The translations under genes and the position numbers were made by a program. The notes below the pieces were generated by a model. It made no database searches. It was not told the origin of the DNA and saw nothing but the letters and a program-made list of their open reading frames with translations. Below, one piece after another: positions 1 through 9,390 of a stretch of 64,000 nucleotides of DNA. Position 1 is the stretch's first letter; each line of letters opens with the position of its first letter. Source of the stretch: Acidobacteriaceae bacterium (GTDB lineage: Bacteria > Acidobacteriota > Terriglobia > Terriglobales > Acidobacteriaceae); contig DAHVZT010000118.1 in NCBI GenBank assembly GCA_027323885.1, positions 2,333 through 66,332 on the forward strand, given 5' to 3'.

Positions 1-2473
1 TCATCCGCTGCGCTTCGCCTCCTGAAAGTGTAGTGGCGGATTGCCCGAGATGCACATATCCCAGGCCCACATCGTTCAGCGTGGCCAATTTCTGCCGCAC
101 CGCCGGGATGTCGGTCAGCACGGTCAGCGCATCGGCGATCGACAGCTCCAGGATGTCAGCAATGGAGTGCCCGTTGAAGCGGACGGCGAGCGTTTCCTGG
201 TTGTAGCGGCGGCCATTGCACACTTCGCATGTCACATACACATCCGGCAGAAAATTCATTTCGATGCGCCGCTGTCCGTCGCCCTGGCAGCTTTCGCACC
301 GGCCGCCGGGGACGTTGAAGGAGAAGCGTCCGGCCTTGTAGCCGCGCTCGCGCGCCTCCGGCAGCATGGCAAAAAGCTCCCGGATGGCCGTGAAGACACC
401 CGTGTAGGTGGCGGGGTTGGAACGTGGCGTGCGGCCTATGGGGGACTGATCGATCTGGATGACTTTATCGACCAGGTTGGAGCCTTCCACGCGGTCATGC
501 TCGGCAGGCTCTTCGCGGGAGCCGTAGAGTTCCTGCGCCAAGGCCCGGTACAGGATGTCATTGATCAGGGTGCTTTTGCCGGACCCGGAAACGCCGGTGA
601 CTACAGTGAGCAGGCCGAGCGGAAAGCGCGCGTTGACGTTTTTGAGATTGTGGCCTCGCGCGCCCTCGATGGTCAGCCACTGCTTGCCCGGAGCACGAGG
701 TTCGCCGGGAGACACAGTTTCCAGATTGCCGCTGAGATATCGACCGGTCAGGGAGGAAGGCGACTGCGCAATCATCTCGGGAGTTCCCTGGGCGACCAGT
801 TCGCCACCCAGCCTGCCGGCGCCGGGTCCCAGATCGACGACGTAATCGGCGCGTCGAATGGTGTCTTCATCATGCTCAACCACGAGCACGGTGTTGCCCA
901 AATCCCGCAGCGAAATGAGAGCTTCAATGAGCCGTTCATTATCGCGCTGGTGCAGACCGATCGAGGGCTCGTCGAGGACGTAGAGGACTCCGCGCAGCCT
1001 GGAGCCGATCTGGGTTGCCAGCCGGATGCGCTGCCCCTCTCCTCCGGACAGAGTGGCCGCGCTGCGATCCAGCGAGAGATATCCCAGGCCGACGGCGTTC
1101 AGAAATTCCAGCCGCTCCATGATTTCGCGCTGCAGGCGATCCGTAATGAGCTGCTCACGTTCACTGAACTGGAAACCTCGTACGGCCTGGAGCGCCTCCG
1201 TCAACGACAAGGCTGTGAAATCCGCAATGGAGCGGCCGTTGGCCTTCACGGAAAGCGATTCCGGTCGCAGGCGCCTGCCATGGCATTCCGGACAGGTCGT
1301 TGCCGACATATAGGCCATCAGCCATTCCCGGTAGCTGTCGGATCGGACTTCTTCCAGCGACTGGTGCAGCCACTGCAAAATGCCGTGGAAACCAGTGCGT
1401 GGGCCTTCCCCACGTTTCGGACCAAAGAGCAGAAGGTCCTGTTGCGCGGCAGTAAGCTGTTCAAAAGGCTTCTTCAGGTCGATTTTGTAGCGATCGGCAG
1501 CCAAATGGACGAGCCTGGACAGGTATTGCGAGCTTCCTCCCGGTCCAAGTCCGCCCTCCAGCAGCGGCTTGGACCAATCCACGATGACCTTTGCCGGATC
1601 GAAGTCGTAGATGCTGCCTAGCCCATTGCACAGCGGGCATGCGCCGTACGCGCTGTTGAAGGAGAAGCTGCGCGGTTCCAGCTTTGGAACGCTGACGCCA
1701 CAGTCCGGGCAAGCCATGGAAGAGGAGTAGAGCTCTTCTTCCGTTTTCCCCTCCGCGCCAGGAAATCCCACAAGGACCAGCCCGTTCGCCATCTGCAGGG
1801 CTTTGGTGACAGCTGCCTCCAGGCGCTTCTCCACGCCCGGCTTGACGGCAATCCGGTCGATGATCGCCTCAATCGTGTGGTTCTTTCGCTTTTCCAGGAC
1901 GACATCTTCCGCCAGATCGCGCACTTCGCCGTCAATGCGGGCACGAAAACCCTGCTGCTCCAGCCGTTCCAGCTCGTCGCGAAATTCTCCTTTGCGGCCG
2001 CGCACCAGCGGCGCGTACACGATGACTCGCTCTCCGGGAGCCAGATGCATGACCCGTTCTACGATCTGGTCGGCGGACTGGCGGGAGATCGGGCGGCCGC
2101 ATTTCGGGCAGTGCGGCACGCCAACCGATGCATAAAGAAGGCGAAGGTAGTCGTAGATTTCGGTGATGGTGCCTACGGTCGAGCGCGGACTGCGGCTGGT
2201 GGTTTTCTGCTCGATGGAAATCGCCGGGCTGAGTCCCTCGATGGAATCCACGTCGGGGCGCTCCATCTGGTCCAGAAATTGCCGGGCATAGGCGGAGAGC
2301 GTCTCGACGTAACGGCGTTGGCCCTCCGCATAGATCGTGTCGAACGCAAGCGAGGACTTGCCGGAGCCGGACAGCCCGGTGATGACGGTGAGGGAATTCC
2401 GGGGAATCTCCACCGTCACGTTCTTCAGGTTGTGCTGGCGTGCTCCGCGAACTATCAGCTTTTGAATCGGCAT
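1..2473 (-). CDS. uvrA: Excinuclease ABC subunit A (UvrA), C-terminus cut by the window edge
   Basis: The minus-strand frame is open from the ATG (CAT at 2471-2473) to position 1, so it is absent from the closed-ORF track. My translation starts [44 protein letters not shown] (Walker A). Near the edge it reads [22 protein letters not shown], the ABC signature of the second ATPase module. Confidence 0.97.
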   Translation of the reverse strand, partial: MPIQKLIVRGARQHNLKNVTVEIPRNSLTVITGLSGSGKSSLAFDTIYAEGQRRYVETLSAYARQFLDQMERPDVDSIEGLSPAISIEQKTTSRSPRSTVGTITEIYDYLRLLYASVGVPHCPKCGRPISRQSADQIVERVMHLAPGERVIVYAPLVRGRKGEFRDELERLEQQGFRARIDGEVRDLAEDVVLEKRKNHTIEAIIDRIAVKPGVEKRLEAAVTKALQMANGLVLVGFPGAEGKTEEELYSSSMACPDCGVSVPKLEPRSFSFNSAYGACPLCNGLGSIYDFDPAKVIVDWSKPLLEGGLGPGGSSQYLSRLVHLAADRYKIDLKKPFEQLTAAQQDLLLFGPKRGEGPRTGFHGILQWLHQSLEEVRSDSYREWLMAYMSATTCPECHGRRLRPESLSVKANGRSIADFTALSLTEALQAVRGFQFSEREQLITDRLQREIMERLEFLNAVGLGYLSLDRSAATLSGGEGQRIRLATQIGSRLRGVLYVLDEPSIGLHQRDNERLIEALISLRDLGNTVLVVEHDEDTIRRADYVVDLGPGAGRLGGELVAQGTPEMIAQSPSSLTGRYLSGNLETVSPGEPRAPGKQWLTIEGARGHNLKNVNARFPLGLLTVVTGVSGSGKSTLINDILYRALAQELYGSREEPAEHDRVEGSNLVDKVIQIDQSPIGRTPRSNPATYTGVFTAIRELFAMLPEARERGYKAGRFSFNVPGGRCESCQGDGQRRIEMNFLPDVYVTCEVCNGRRYNQETLAVRFNGHSIADILELSIADALTVLTDIPAVRQKLATLNDVGLGYVHLGQSATTLSGGEAQRM

Positions 2474-2725
2474 TTTTCTCGGGTGATCGTATGCGCTGTC
2501 CTGCGCCGCTAACCGGGTTCCCCGATGGCCAAAGTCCCGCTCCGGGAACATTTCGGGGCAGGGAATCTCGGAGAATAACGGCAGGTGCGCAATTTACTAG
2601 TCTATCGCGCGGAGTTCTGATTAAATGGGCCCACAACACCGCAGTTTGCATGAAGTGGAAAGAGAGAGCCTGACGGGAACAGAGCCAGAGCCTCCTGCTG
2701 CCAGCTTCGCCAGAGGTAGAACTCG

Positions 2726-2884
2726 ATGATGCTACTGATGATTTCGACAACCCTTGCTTCTCTTGCCTTGGGAGTGACCGTCGCGTACGGTCTGTGTTCC
2801 AGCCTTTTCGCCATCTTTCGTATGCATGTGCGCGCGCATGTGGCGCCCCCGTTAGGCGCCCGGCCGGAAGCCATAGGCAGTTAA
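2726..2884 (+). CDS. Possible 52-aa single-helix membrane peptide (below the track size cut-off)
   Basis: ATGATG at 2726 and TAA at 2882-2884, with GAGGT at 2713-2717 (8-nt spacer). Translation: MMLLMISTTLASLALGVTVAYGLCSSLFAIFRMHVRAHVAPPLGARPEAIGS, one hydrophobic helix plus a basic tail. No family recognised. Confidence 0.3.
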   Translation: MMLLMISTTLASLALGVTVAYGLCSSLFAIFRMHVRAHVAPPLGARPEAIGS

Positions 2885-2886
2885 CG

Positions 2887-3642
2887 TTATTGCGGCGGAT
2901 GATCTTTCCGAAGCTGATCGAGCAGTTCCTGCGGGGTGGGAGCAGGATGCTGGCTGATGTCATCCGTCGGCTGCGGCTCGGGCGCAGGCTCCGGTGGTGC
3001 GGCGTTCGCGGCAGGAGGCGGGGGACTGGGCGGAGCGGAATTTCCTGCGCCTGGACCGCCGTTATTCGCAGTCAGCAATAGCTTGGTAGGGGGCGCGCCG
3101 TTGCCTCCACCGATCATGACGTAGTTGTAACCTGAGCCGTCGAGCAGGTCAGTCAGCGTGTTGGCGACGGTATCTGGCCCATACTGGCCATAAATACGCT
3201 CGTCGTGGTCCAGCCCATCGATTTGCAGGCCCGTCTGATGAGAAACCTGGTCGAGAATCTCCTTCAAGCTGGAATTCTTCGCGTCGATACTTAACATGCC
3301 CTGATGGAACTGAATTTTTGCCTGCTGCGCGCTTTGCTGTACCGGAGGCAGCGGCGGAGCCGGCTGGGGTGCTGCGGCGGCGGGTTTGGAAGCGCTCGCG
3401 GCGGCGTGTTTCTTCGAGTGACTGGCATGCCGATGCGCGGCGCTCTTGGTGGGCTGGGTCTGCGGGGCTGCGGGCGTCTGCGTGGATTGCGCGTTCGCGC
3501 CAACGCAGAACGTAAAAGTTCCTAAAAGCGTGAGTGTGGCCAGTCCCCGGCGGATGGAAGCACCACCGGGAAGCTTTCCGCCGGACGAACGATCTGCCTT
3601 GACGAAACAGGTATATCGGTGGTTCTGAGAAGGAAAAGCCAT
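2887..3642 (-). CDS. Secreted Pro/Ala-rich protein with an STN-like globular block (hypothetical)
   Basis: 251-aa ORF with a Sec-type signal (RRGLATLTLLGTFTFCVGANA/Q). A Pro/Ala/Gln linker is followed by a ~75-aa block, KIQFHQGMLSIDAKNSSLKEILDQVSHQTGLQIDGL...LTDLLDGSGYNYVMIG, resembling the secretin/TonB short N-terminal (STN) pattern, then a Pro-rich tail. The family call is tentative. Confidence 0.55.
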   Translation of the reverse strand: MAFPSQNHRYTCFVKADRSSGGKLPGGASIRRGLATLTLLGTFTFCVGANAQSTQTPAAPQTQPTKSAAHRHASHSKKHAAASASKPAAAAPQPAPPLPPVQQSAQQAKIQFHQGMLSIDAKNSSLKEILDQVSHQTGLQIDGLDHDERIYGQYGPDTVANTLTDLLDGSGYNYVMIGGGNGAPPTKLLLTANNGGPGAGNSAPPSPPPPAANAAPPEPAPEPQPTDDISQHPAPTPQELLDQLRKDHPPQ

Positions 3643-3694
3643 TCCTGTACTAGACTAGCAATGTTTGGGCCCGCAGGTGTGGAGGTTTTCGGTT

Positions 3695-4756
3695 TTGACG
3701 AGCAATCTTCCATTCTCCAGGGATCCGGCCGGTCTTCGCCTCCTGTGGCTGGCTGCAGGGCTCTGGGTCGCCCTGGCCGCTGGATGCGGACCGGCGCGGG
3801 CGCAAAGCTGCACGACTCAGGCCGAAATGTCGACCGCTACGCGCGCCACGCTGGAAACAGCGGCGATGGACATGGCGCAGCAAATTGCGCGCGGCAACAC
3901 GGCTGCGATCCAGGCAAGTATTGCCGCGCAAGTTGCGACCGAAGCGCCGGCGATCCTAAGCAGCATCGGGAAAGCTACTCCGCAGGTGCGATCGGCCACG
4001 TTTTTCGTGCGCAACATGTATGTCCTGAGCACATCGGACAGCCCGCCTAATTCCGCTCCGGTCCAGTTTTTCTGCGGATCCATGAATCGGCCTCCCCACG
4101 TCATCTTTACGCTGGCCGGCTTGCAGAAGGGAAAGTATGCCGTCGTGATGGTCAGGGCAAACGGGATCGCTCAGCCGCAGCAGATGACGATGGTTTTCGC
4201 GCAACCGATTCCGTCCGCGCCCGCCAACCCTCCTTCGCAACCCTCGGCAGCCTGGAAGCTGGCGGGATTCGCATTGAAACCGACAACCATGGCGGGTCAT
4301 GACGGCCTCTGGTATTGGAAGCATGCGCGGATTTATGCGCAGAATAAGCAGGACTGGGACGCTTACTTCTACTACACGACGGCGCAATACCTGCTGGTTC
4401 CGGTCAATTTCGTTTCCAGTTCCAACCTGGACAAGCTGTTGCGGGAAGAAAAGGCGGCCACGCCACCAGGCCTGCCGGGGCAAAAGCCCATGCTGCTTGG
4501 CAACGGCGCGGAAAACTTTTCAATTACCGATATTCACACCGACGGCTCGCTTGGGGGCCTCGATCTGGTCCTCCGCTATTCCACGCCAAGCGTGCAGGAT
4601 CCAGTCGCCACGCGCCGACAGAACATCGCCGTGATGCATCTTATGTTGCAGGCACATCCGGAGCTGCGGCAGGCGTTCCATGGTCTGTGGGTCTACGCTG
4701 TGGCGCCGGGACAGGACCCATTCGGAATCGAGCTCCCCATGGACCAGATTCCCTAG
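3695..4756 (+). CDS. Putative lipoprotein, function unknown
   Basis: TTG 3695 is preceded by GGAGG (3681-3685, 9-nt spacer); the longest ORF starts at TTG 3665. The signal peptide ends in a lipobox-like LAAG/C (LLWLAAGLWVALAAGCGPARAQ). The mature part matches no family I recognise. Confidence 0.55.
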   Translation: MTSNLPFSRDPAGLRLLWLAAGLWVALAAGCGPARAQSCTTQAEMSTATRATLETAAMDMAQQIARGNTAAIQASIAAQVATEAPAILSSIGKATPQVRSATFFVRNMYVLSTSDSPPNSAPVQFFCGSMNRPPHVIFTLAGLQKGKYAVVMVRANGIAQPQQMTMVFAQPIPSAPANPPSQPSAAWKLAGFALKPTTMAGHDGLWYWKHARIYAQNKQDWDAYFYYTTAQYLLVPVNFVSSSNLDKLLREEKAATPPGLPGQKPMLLGNGAENFSITDIHTDGSLGGLDLVLRYSTPSVQDPVATRRQNIAVMHLMLQAHPELRQAFHGLWVYAVAPGQDPFGIELPMDQIP

Positions 4757-4864
4757 GCGCGGGGGTATAAACTCTGACGCAGTCTTTGCCATGTACCTGG
4801 CACCGGTGATTTGCTCCAAGATTGGACTGCAACATCTGCATACAAGTAGAGGAAAGCATACGAA

Positions 4865-5521
4865 ATGAGTTCGACCGAGAGACCGCTGAAGTCTTTAGCT
4901 GAAGTGATTCGAAGCCGCCGTGCGACACCAAGTTTTGACGGTGTGCCTGTGGCTGAAGAAGACCTGCAGCTTATTCTGAGCGCCGGACGCCATGCTCCGA
5001 GCGGGTACAACATGCAGCCCTGGCGCTTCATTCTTGTTCGCTCCGCGGAGCAGAAGAAGCGCCTCCGGGCGGCAAGCTTCAATCAGGCAAAAGTGGAAGA
5101 AGCCTCTGTGGTGATCGTTGCCTGCGGAGATGAAGATGGCTGGCGCAACGGGGACCTGGAGGAAATGCTGCATCTGGGCCGACAGGGGGGCATGTCGGAA
5201 AGCTATGCGGCGCAGGCCCGGGAGACCATTCCGAATTATCTGTCCACGCATCCAAACATGCCCATGTGGCTGAATCGCCACGTGATGATTGCTTTCACGC
5301 ATATGATGCTCATGGCGGAAGCGTTGGGTTACGACACCGCACCGATGGAAGGCTATGAGGAGGACAAGGTGCACGAAGTTCTCAAGCTGCCGCTCAGCTA
5401 TCACGTAGTCGCGCTGCTCGGGATCGGCCATCTCAAAGGGCCGGACAAACACTACGGCGGACGCTTTGAACTTTCCCGGATCGTGTTCGATGAGGAGTAC
5501 GGGAGGCGTTTCGTCAAGTGA
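4865..5521 (+). CDS. Nitroreductase family protein
   Basis: 218 aa. RRATPSFDGVPV...ILSAGRHAPSGYNMQPWRFILV is the classic nitroreductase N-terminal FMN-site signature. A GAGGA lies about 10 nt upstream of ATG 4865. Confidence 0.85.
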   Translation: MSSTERPLKSLAEVIRSRRATPSFDGVPVAEEDLQLILSAGRHAPSGYNMQPWRFILVRSAEQKKRLRAASFNQAKVEEASVVIVACGDEDGWRNGDLEEMLHLGRQGGMSESYAAQARETIPNYLSTHPNMPMWLNRHVMIAFTHMMLMAEALGYDTAPMEGYEEDKVHEVLKLPLSYHVVALLGIGHLKGPDKHYGGRFELSRIVFDEEYGRRFVK

Positions 5522-5552
5522 CCGGAGACCACTGTCCGCCTCAGGGCCGATT

Positions 5553-6023
5553 ATGGCCGATGCCGATTCATCCCCGCCGAACTCCATTGGATTGATTCGC
5601 GCCTACCCATCTTCGCCGATTCTCGCTGTGAGCGCGGTTGTTCTTAATGGCGAAGCTGTCCTGCTGGTGCAGAGAGGCCATGCTCCGCTAGCGGGCCAAT
5701 GGGCTTTGCCTGGAGGCGTGGTCGAGCTTGGCGAAACCGTGGCGCAGGCCGTCATACGCGAGGTGAAGGAAGAAACAGGCGTTACTGTGGAACCTACGGC
5801 GGTTCTCGATGTGGTCGACAAGATTGAACGCGACCCCGGAGGAGCGGTACGGTACCACTATGTGCTGGTGGTTTTCCATTGTCGATATGCCGGGGGGATG
5901 CTCCAGGCTTGCAGTGACGCTAAGAAGGCGCAGTGGGTTCCGGTCCAGGAGATTTCGTTGACCAACGAGTTCCCACTCAGCGGTGACAGTTTGCGTGGCT
6001 TGAATTGGCTTTGCAGCGGCTGA
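5553..6023 (+). CDS. NUDIX hydrolase
   Basis: Nudix box GGVVELGETVAQAVIREVKEETGV (GX5EX7REUXEEXGU). I moved the start to the internal ATG 5553 because the longest ORF (5466) overlaps the nitroreductase 3' end. Confidence 0.85.
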   Translation: MADADSSPPNSIGLIRAYPSSPILAVSAVVLNGEAVLLVQRGHAPLAGQWALPGGVVELGETVAQAVIREVKEETGVTVEPTAVLDVVDKIERDPGGAVRYHYVLVVFHCRYAGGMLQACSDAKKAQWVPVQEISLTNEFPLSGDSLRGLNWLCSG

Positions 6024-6072
6024 ACTCGCCGCCGCAGCGAAGCTGAGATTCGAACGTCAGGATAAATTCGAC

Positions 6073-7068
6073 ATGGCCAGCACCATCGCTTCCGAAGAGG
6101 CACGAAGACCGCAGGGAACTGAGCGCACGCGGAAATTCCAATTCCGGTGGGCGGCCGCTGCCATCGCGATTCTGGTCTTTTTTGCTGGCGCATTGTTCTT
6201 TTATTTGCGCCCCATGTCCGTAGCGGACGCGATCGCCAGGACGCGGCTCCGCTTCGCCGGAATCCACAGCCGCTACGCTCAAGTGGGGCCCTACCGGATT
6301 CACTACTTTGTGGGAGGTCACGGCAAGCCCCTGCTGCTGATCCATGGCCTGGGGGCGCGATCGGAGGACTGGGCTGCGGAGATTCCCGGGTACGCAAAGC
6401 ACGGCTTCCGGGTGTATGCCATCGACCTGCTCGGCAGCGGGCGCAGCAGCCGTCCTGACATCGCGTACAGCATAGGTCAGCAGGCGGAGATGGTCCATGG
6501 ATTTCTGAATGCAATGCAAGTGCAACGCGCGGACATCGCCGGGTGGTCCATGGGAGGATGGGTTGCGTTGGAGTACACGCTGGCGCACCAGCAGCGTGTG
6601 GACCGCCTGGTACTCATGGACAGCGCGGGATTTCTGTTCGAGTCGGATTATCCGCCGGATGTCTTCGCACCGAAAACTCCGCAACAGCTCGACCAGCTCA
6701 CGGCGTTGCTGACGCCCAATCCCGAGCACCTGCCGGCGTTTGTGACCCGCGACGTGCTGCGGCGGATCCATCAGAACGCACCGGTAATCCATCGCATGGT
6801 GCAGACCATGTTGACTGGCCAGGACCTGCTGGATGGACGGCTCGTGGACATTCACGTTCCGGTACTGATCGTATGGGGCGCGCAGGATGCGCTGATACCT
6901 CCCAGTTCCGGGGAACAGATGCACAAGGAAATGCCCCAGTCTGTGCTGGAGTTCTATCAGGGATGCGGGCACATTGCTCCGGTAACCTGCGCCAGCCGGA
7001 TTGTTCCGCATGTGCGGCAATTTCTGCTCAGCAGGCCCCCCATGAGCGGCGGAACCTACCAATACTGA
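6073..7068 (+). CDS. Membrane-anchored alpha/beta-fold hydrolase
   Basis: 331 aa with an N-terminal TM helix (AAAIAILVFFAGALFFYL). It has an HGLGARSEDW block, the nucleophile elbow GWSMGG (G-x-S-x-G), and a C-terminal GCGHIAP histidine. Confidence 0.85.
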   Translation: MASTIASEEARRPQGTERTRKFQFRWAAAAIAILVFFAGALFFYLRPMSVADAIARTRLRFAGIHSRYAQVGPYRIHYFVGGHGKPLLLIHGLGARSEDWAAEIPGYAKHGFRVYAIDLLGSGRSSRPDIAYSIGQQAEMVHGFLNAMQVQRADIAGWSMGGWVALEYTLAHQQRVDRLVLMDSAGFLFESDYPPDVFAPKTPQQLDQLTALLTPNPEHLPAFVTRDVLRRIHQNAPVIHRMVQTMLTGQDLLDGRLVDIHVPVLIVWGAQDALIPPSSGEQMHKEMPQSVLEFYQGCGHIAPVTCASRIVPHVRQFLLSRPPMSGGTYQY

Positions 7069-7097
7069 CAGGAAAGCTACGGCTTACCCTTCCAAAG

Positions 7098-7712
7098 CTA
7101 CGGCTTTCTCTTCCATTGATAGGCGGAATTCTGCGGTAGCCCAACATGGGCCAGCACCCGGCACACATATTGATGGACCATCTCCAGGGCGTCGACCGGA
7201 TGATTGTAGAATGCCGGAATCACTGGAAAGATGGTGGCGCCGGCGTCGGCGGCCAATTGCATATTTCGCAGGTGAATCTTGTTCAGCGGCGTTTCCCGGA
7301 CGCACAGGATCAGCGGCCGCCGTTCCTTCAGGCAAACGTCCGCGGAGCGTGCAATCAGGTTCTCTGCCAGTCCATTCGCGATGGCCCCGAGGGTGCCCAT
7401 ACTGCAGGGGAGAATGAGCATTCCGCTGCAGGGATAGCTTCCGCTGGCAATCGGCGCGCCAATGTCGGATGGCGCGTGCTGGACCATTTTTTGCGTCTCG
7501 CGGCCTAAGAGTCTGGAGAGTAGATGATTGCGTCCGCCGATCTGCAGCTCTTCGGCCAGGACACGAAGCGAGCTGTCGGAGGCGATGAAATGAACATGGT
7601 CGACCCGTTCGTCCGCTTCCAAAAGCAGCAGCAGTTCGCGGGTCAATACGGCCCCGCTCGCGCCCGTCATCGCGACGGTAAGGGTCTTCGGGGTTCGCGC
7701 TGGCTCTGGCAT
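7098..7712 (-). CDS. ubiX: UbiX/Pad1-type flavin prenyltransferase
   Basis: 204 aa. VAMTGASGAV and ILPCSMGTLGAIANGLAENLIARSADVCLKERRPLIL are typical of UbiX-family flavoproteins. It lies 6 nt downstream of purB. Confidence 0.85.
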   Translation of the reverse strand: MPEPARTPKTLTVAMTGASGAVLTRELLLLLEADERVDHVHFIASDSSLRVLAEELQIGGRNHLLSRLLGRETQKMVQHAPSDIGAPIASGSYPCSGMLILPCSMGTLGAIANGLAENLIARSADVCLKERRPLILCVRETPLNKIHLRNMQLAADAGATIFPVIPAFYNHPVDALEMVHQYVCRVLAHVGLPQNSAYQWKRKP

Positions 7713-7718
7713 GGTTTC

Positions 7719-9014
7719 CTAGAGAGCCAGCACGCGGGCAAAGATCGTATCCACGTTGGCGAGTTGGCGCTGCAGGTCGAAGGCGCGGGCCAGCTTTTCC
7801 GGCAATAGGAAACGGGTAATTTGAGGGTCTTTCGCGACTTCCTGCTGGAAGTTCAAGTCCTGCTGCCAGGCGCGCATGGCGTGCGACTGCACCAGCCGGT
7901 ACGCCTCTTCCCGCGACATGCCCGCTTCCGCCATCTCCAGCAGCAACTGACCCGAGAAAATCAGTCCGCCGGTCAGTTCCAGGTTGCGCAACATCCGGTC
8001 GGGATGAACTATCAGGCGGTCTAAGAGCGATGCGGTTTTGTCCAGCAGATAATCGGTCAGAATGGTCGAGTCGGGCAGGATGATTCGCTCCACGGATGAG
8101 TGCGAGATGTCTCGCTCATGCCACAGAGCGACGTTCTCCAGCGCCGCCTGCTCGTTGGCGCGCACCACGCGAGCCAGTCCGCTGATTTGCTCGCTCGTAA
8201 TTGGGTTCCGCTTGTGCGGCATTGCGGAGGAGCCTTTTTGTTTCTCGGAAAAATACTCCTCTGCTTCGCGAACCTCCGTCCGCTGCAGATGACGAATCTC
8301 TACCGCGATCTTGTCCAGGGTAGCCGTGATGATGGCGAGGGTGGCAATGTAAAAAGCGTGCCGGTCACGCTGCAGCACCTGCGTCGCGACCGGGGCCGCA
8401 GCCAAGCCGAGCCGTTCACAGATGCGAGCTTCGTGTTCAGGATTTAAATGGCCAAACGTCCCCACCGCACCGGACAATTTGCCGACACGCATGTCCTCGG
8501 CCGCCATGTCGAACCGCTTGAGGTTGCGCTGCATCTCCGCATACCAGTTCAGCAGCTTCAGCCCGAAGGTAGTCGGCTCTGCGTGCACGCCATGGGTGCG
8601 GCCCACGGTTGGCGTATGCTTGAACTCCACAGCGCGGCGCTTCAGCACTTCCAAAAGGCGCAGGATGTCCTGGCGCAATATATCGGAGGCCGCTTTCACC
8701 TGAAGGGCCTGCGCTGTATCGACGACGTCATTCGATGTCAGGCCATAATGCAGCCAGCGCGATTCCGGGCCAATTTTTTCTCCCACAGCGGTGGTGAAGG
8801 CAATCACATCGTGGCGGACTTCCGCTTCAATCTGCTGGATACGCGCAACATCGATGCTGCCCCGTTCCCGGATCGCGCGCGCCGCCTCAGCCGGGACGAT
8901 GCCGAATTCCGCAAGCGTTTCCGACGCGGCGCACTCGACCTCCAGCCACATGCGATATTTATTTTCTTCTGTCCAGATGAGGCCCATCGCCGGGCGGGTG
9001 TAGCGTTCAATCAC
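7719..9014 (-). CDS. purB: Adenylosuccinate lyase
   Basis: 431 aa, starting MIERYTRPAMGLIWTEENKY. It carries the fumarate-lyase signature GSSAMPHKRNP. Confidence 0.95.
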   Translation of the reverse strand: MIERYTRPAMGLIWTEENKYRMWLEVECAASETLAEFGIVPAEAARAIRERGSIDVARIQQIEAEVRHDVIAFTTAVGEKIGPESRWLHYGLTSNDVVDTAQALQVKAASDILRQDILRLLEVLKRRAVEFKHTPTVGRTHGVHAEPTTFGLKLLNWYAEMQRNLKRFDMAAEDMRVGKLSGAVGTFGHLNPEHEARICERLGLAAAPVATQVLQRDRHAFYIATLAIITATLDKIAVEIRHLQRTEVREAEEYFSEKQKGSSAMPHKRNPITSEQISGLARVVRANEQAALENVALWHERDISHSSVERIILPDSTILTDYLLDKTASLLDRLIVHPDRMLRNLELTGGLIFSGQLLLEMAEAGMSREEAYRLVQSHAMRAWQQDLNFQQEVAKDPQITRFLLPEKLARAFDLQRQLANVDTIFARVLAL

Positions 9015-9304
9015 GTTCGGGTCCCTCGTAGCTTCTGCGTGTCCTCGCGTGTTTCGGAAATGCCGAACAGTTTCGTCATCTCGTCATACAGAAAGCCCTT
9101 GCCGGGTCTGTATGGCTGGACCCATCTGCCATCAATCACAAACTGCGGAATGGCGCGTTTCCCGACATGGGCCATAATCTCCTCCGCCGCGCCGGGGGTG
9201 GCTTCAATGTCGATTTCGGTGTAGGGGAGGTTGTGCTCATCGAGAAAGCGCTTGGCCTCCCGGCAGTCGCGGCACCAGGCCGCTGTGTAGACGATCAGAC
9301 TCAT
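9011..9304 (-). CDS. Glutaredoxin/NrdH-like small thiol-disulfide redoxin
   Basis: The internal ATG 9304 gives MSLIVYTAAWCRDCREAKRFLDEHNLPYTEIDIE, a thioredoxin fold with CxxC (CRDC). Its stop overlaps the purB start by 4 nt. Confidence 0.7.
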   Translation of the reverse strand: MSLIVYTAAWCRDCREAKRFLDEHNLPYTEIDIEATPGAAEEIMAHVGKRAIPQFVIDGRWVQPYRPGKGFLYDEMTKLFGISETREDTQKLRGTRT

Positions 9305-9390
9305 CGCTCTATGATAACCGGCGGAACTGTACCGCCGAACTGAAAGAGCCATGCGGAATGACCCGGCAAGGCGCAGTTACAAGCGGGATG

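Noticed and set aside
41-1621. 526-aa plus-strand ORF at the left end, the longest ORF listed there.
   Set aside because: It is the antisense shadow of uvrA. The minus strand translates into unmistakable UvrA motifs over the same bases. The plus-strand product is Arg/Gly/Ala-rich with no recognisable family.
2474-2640. Search for an SOS (LexA) box upstream of uvrA, in the forms GTTC-N7-GTTC and CTGT-N8-ACAG.
   Set aside because: Isolated GTTC/GAAC tetramers are present, but none has the required spacing or partner. No call was made.
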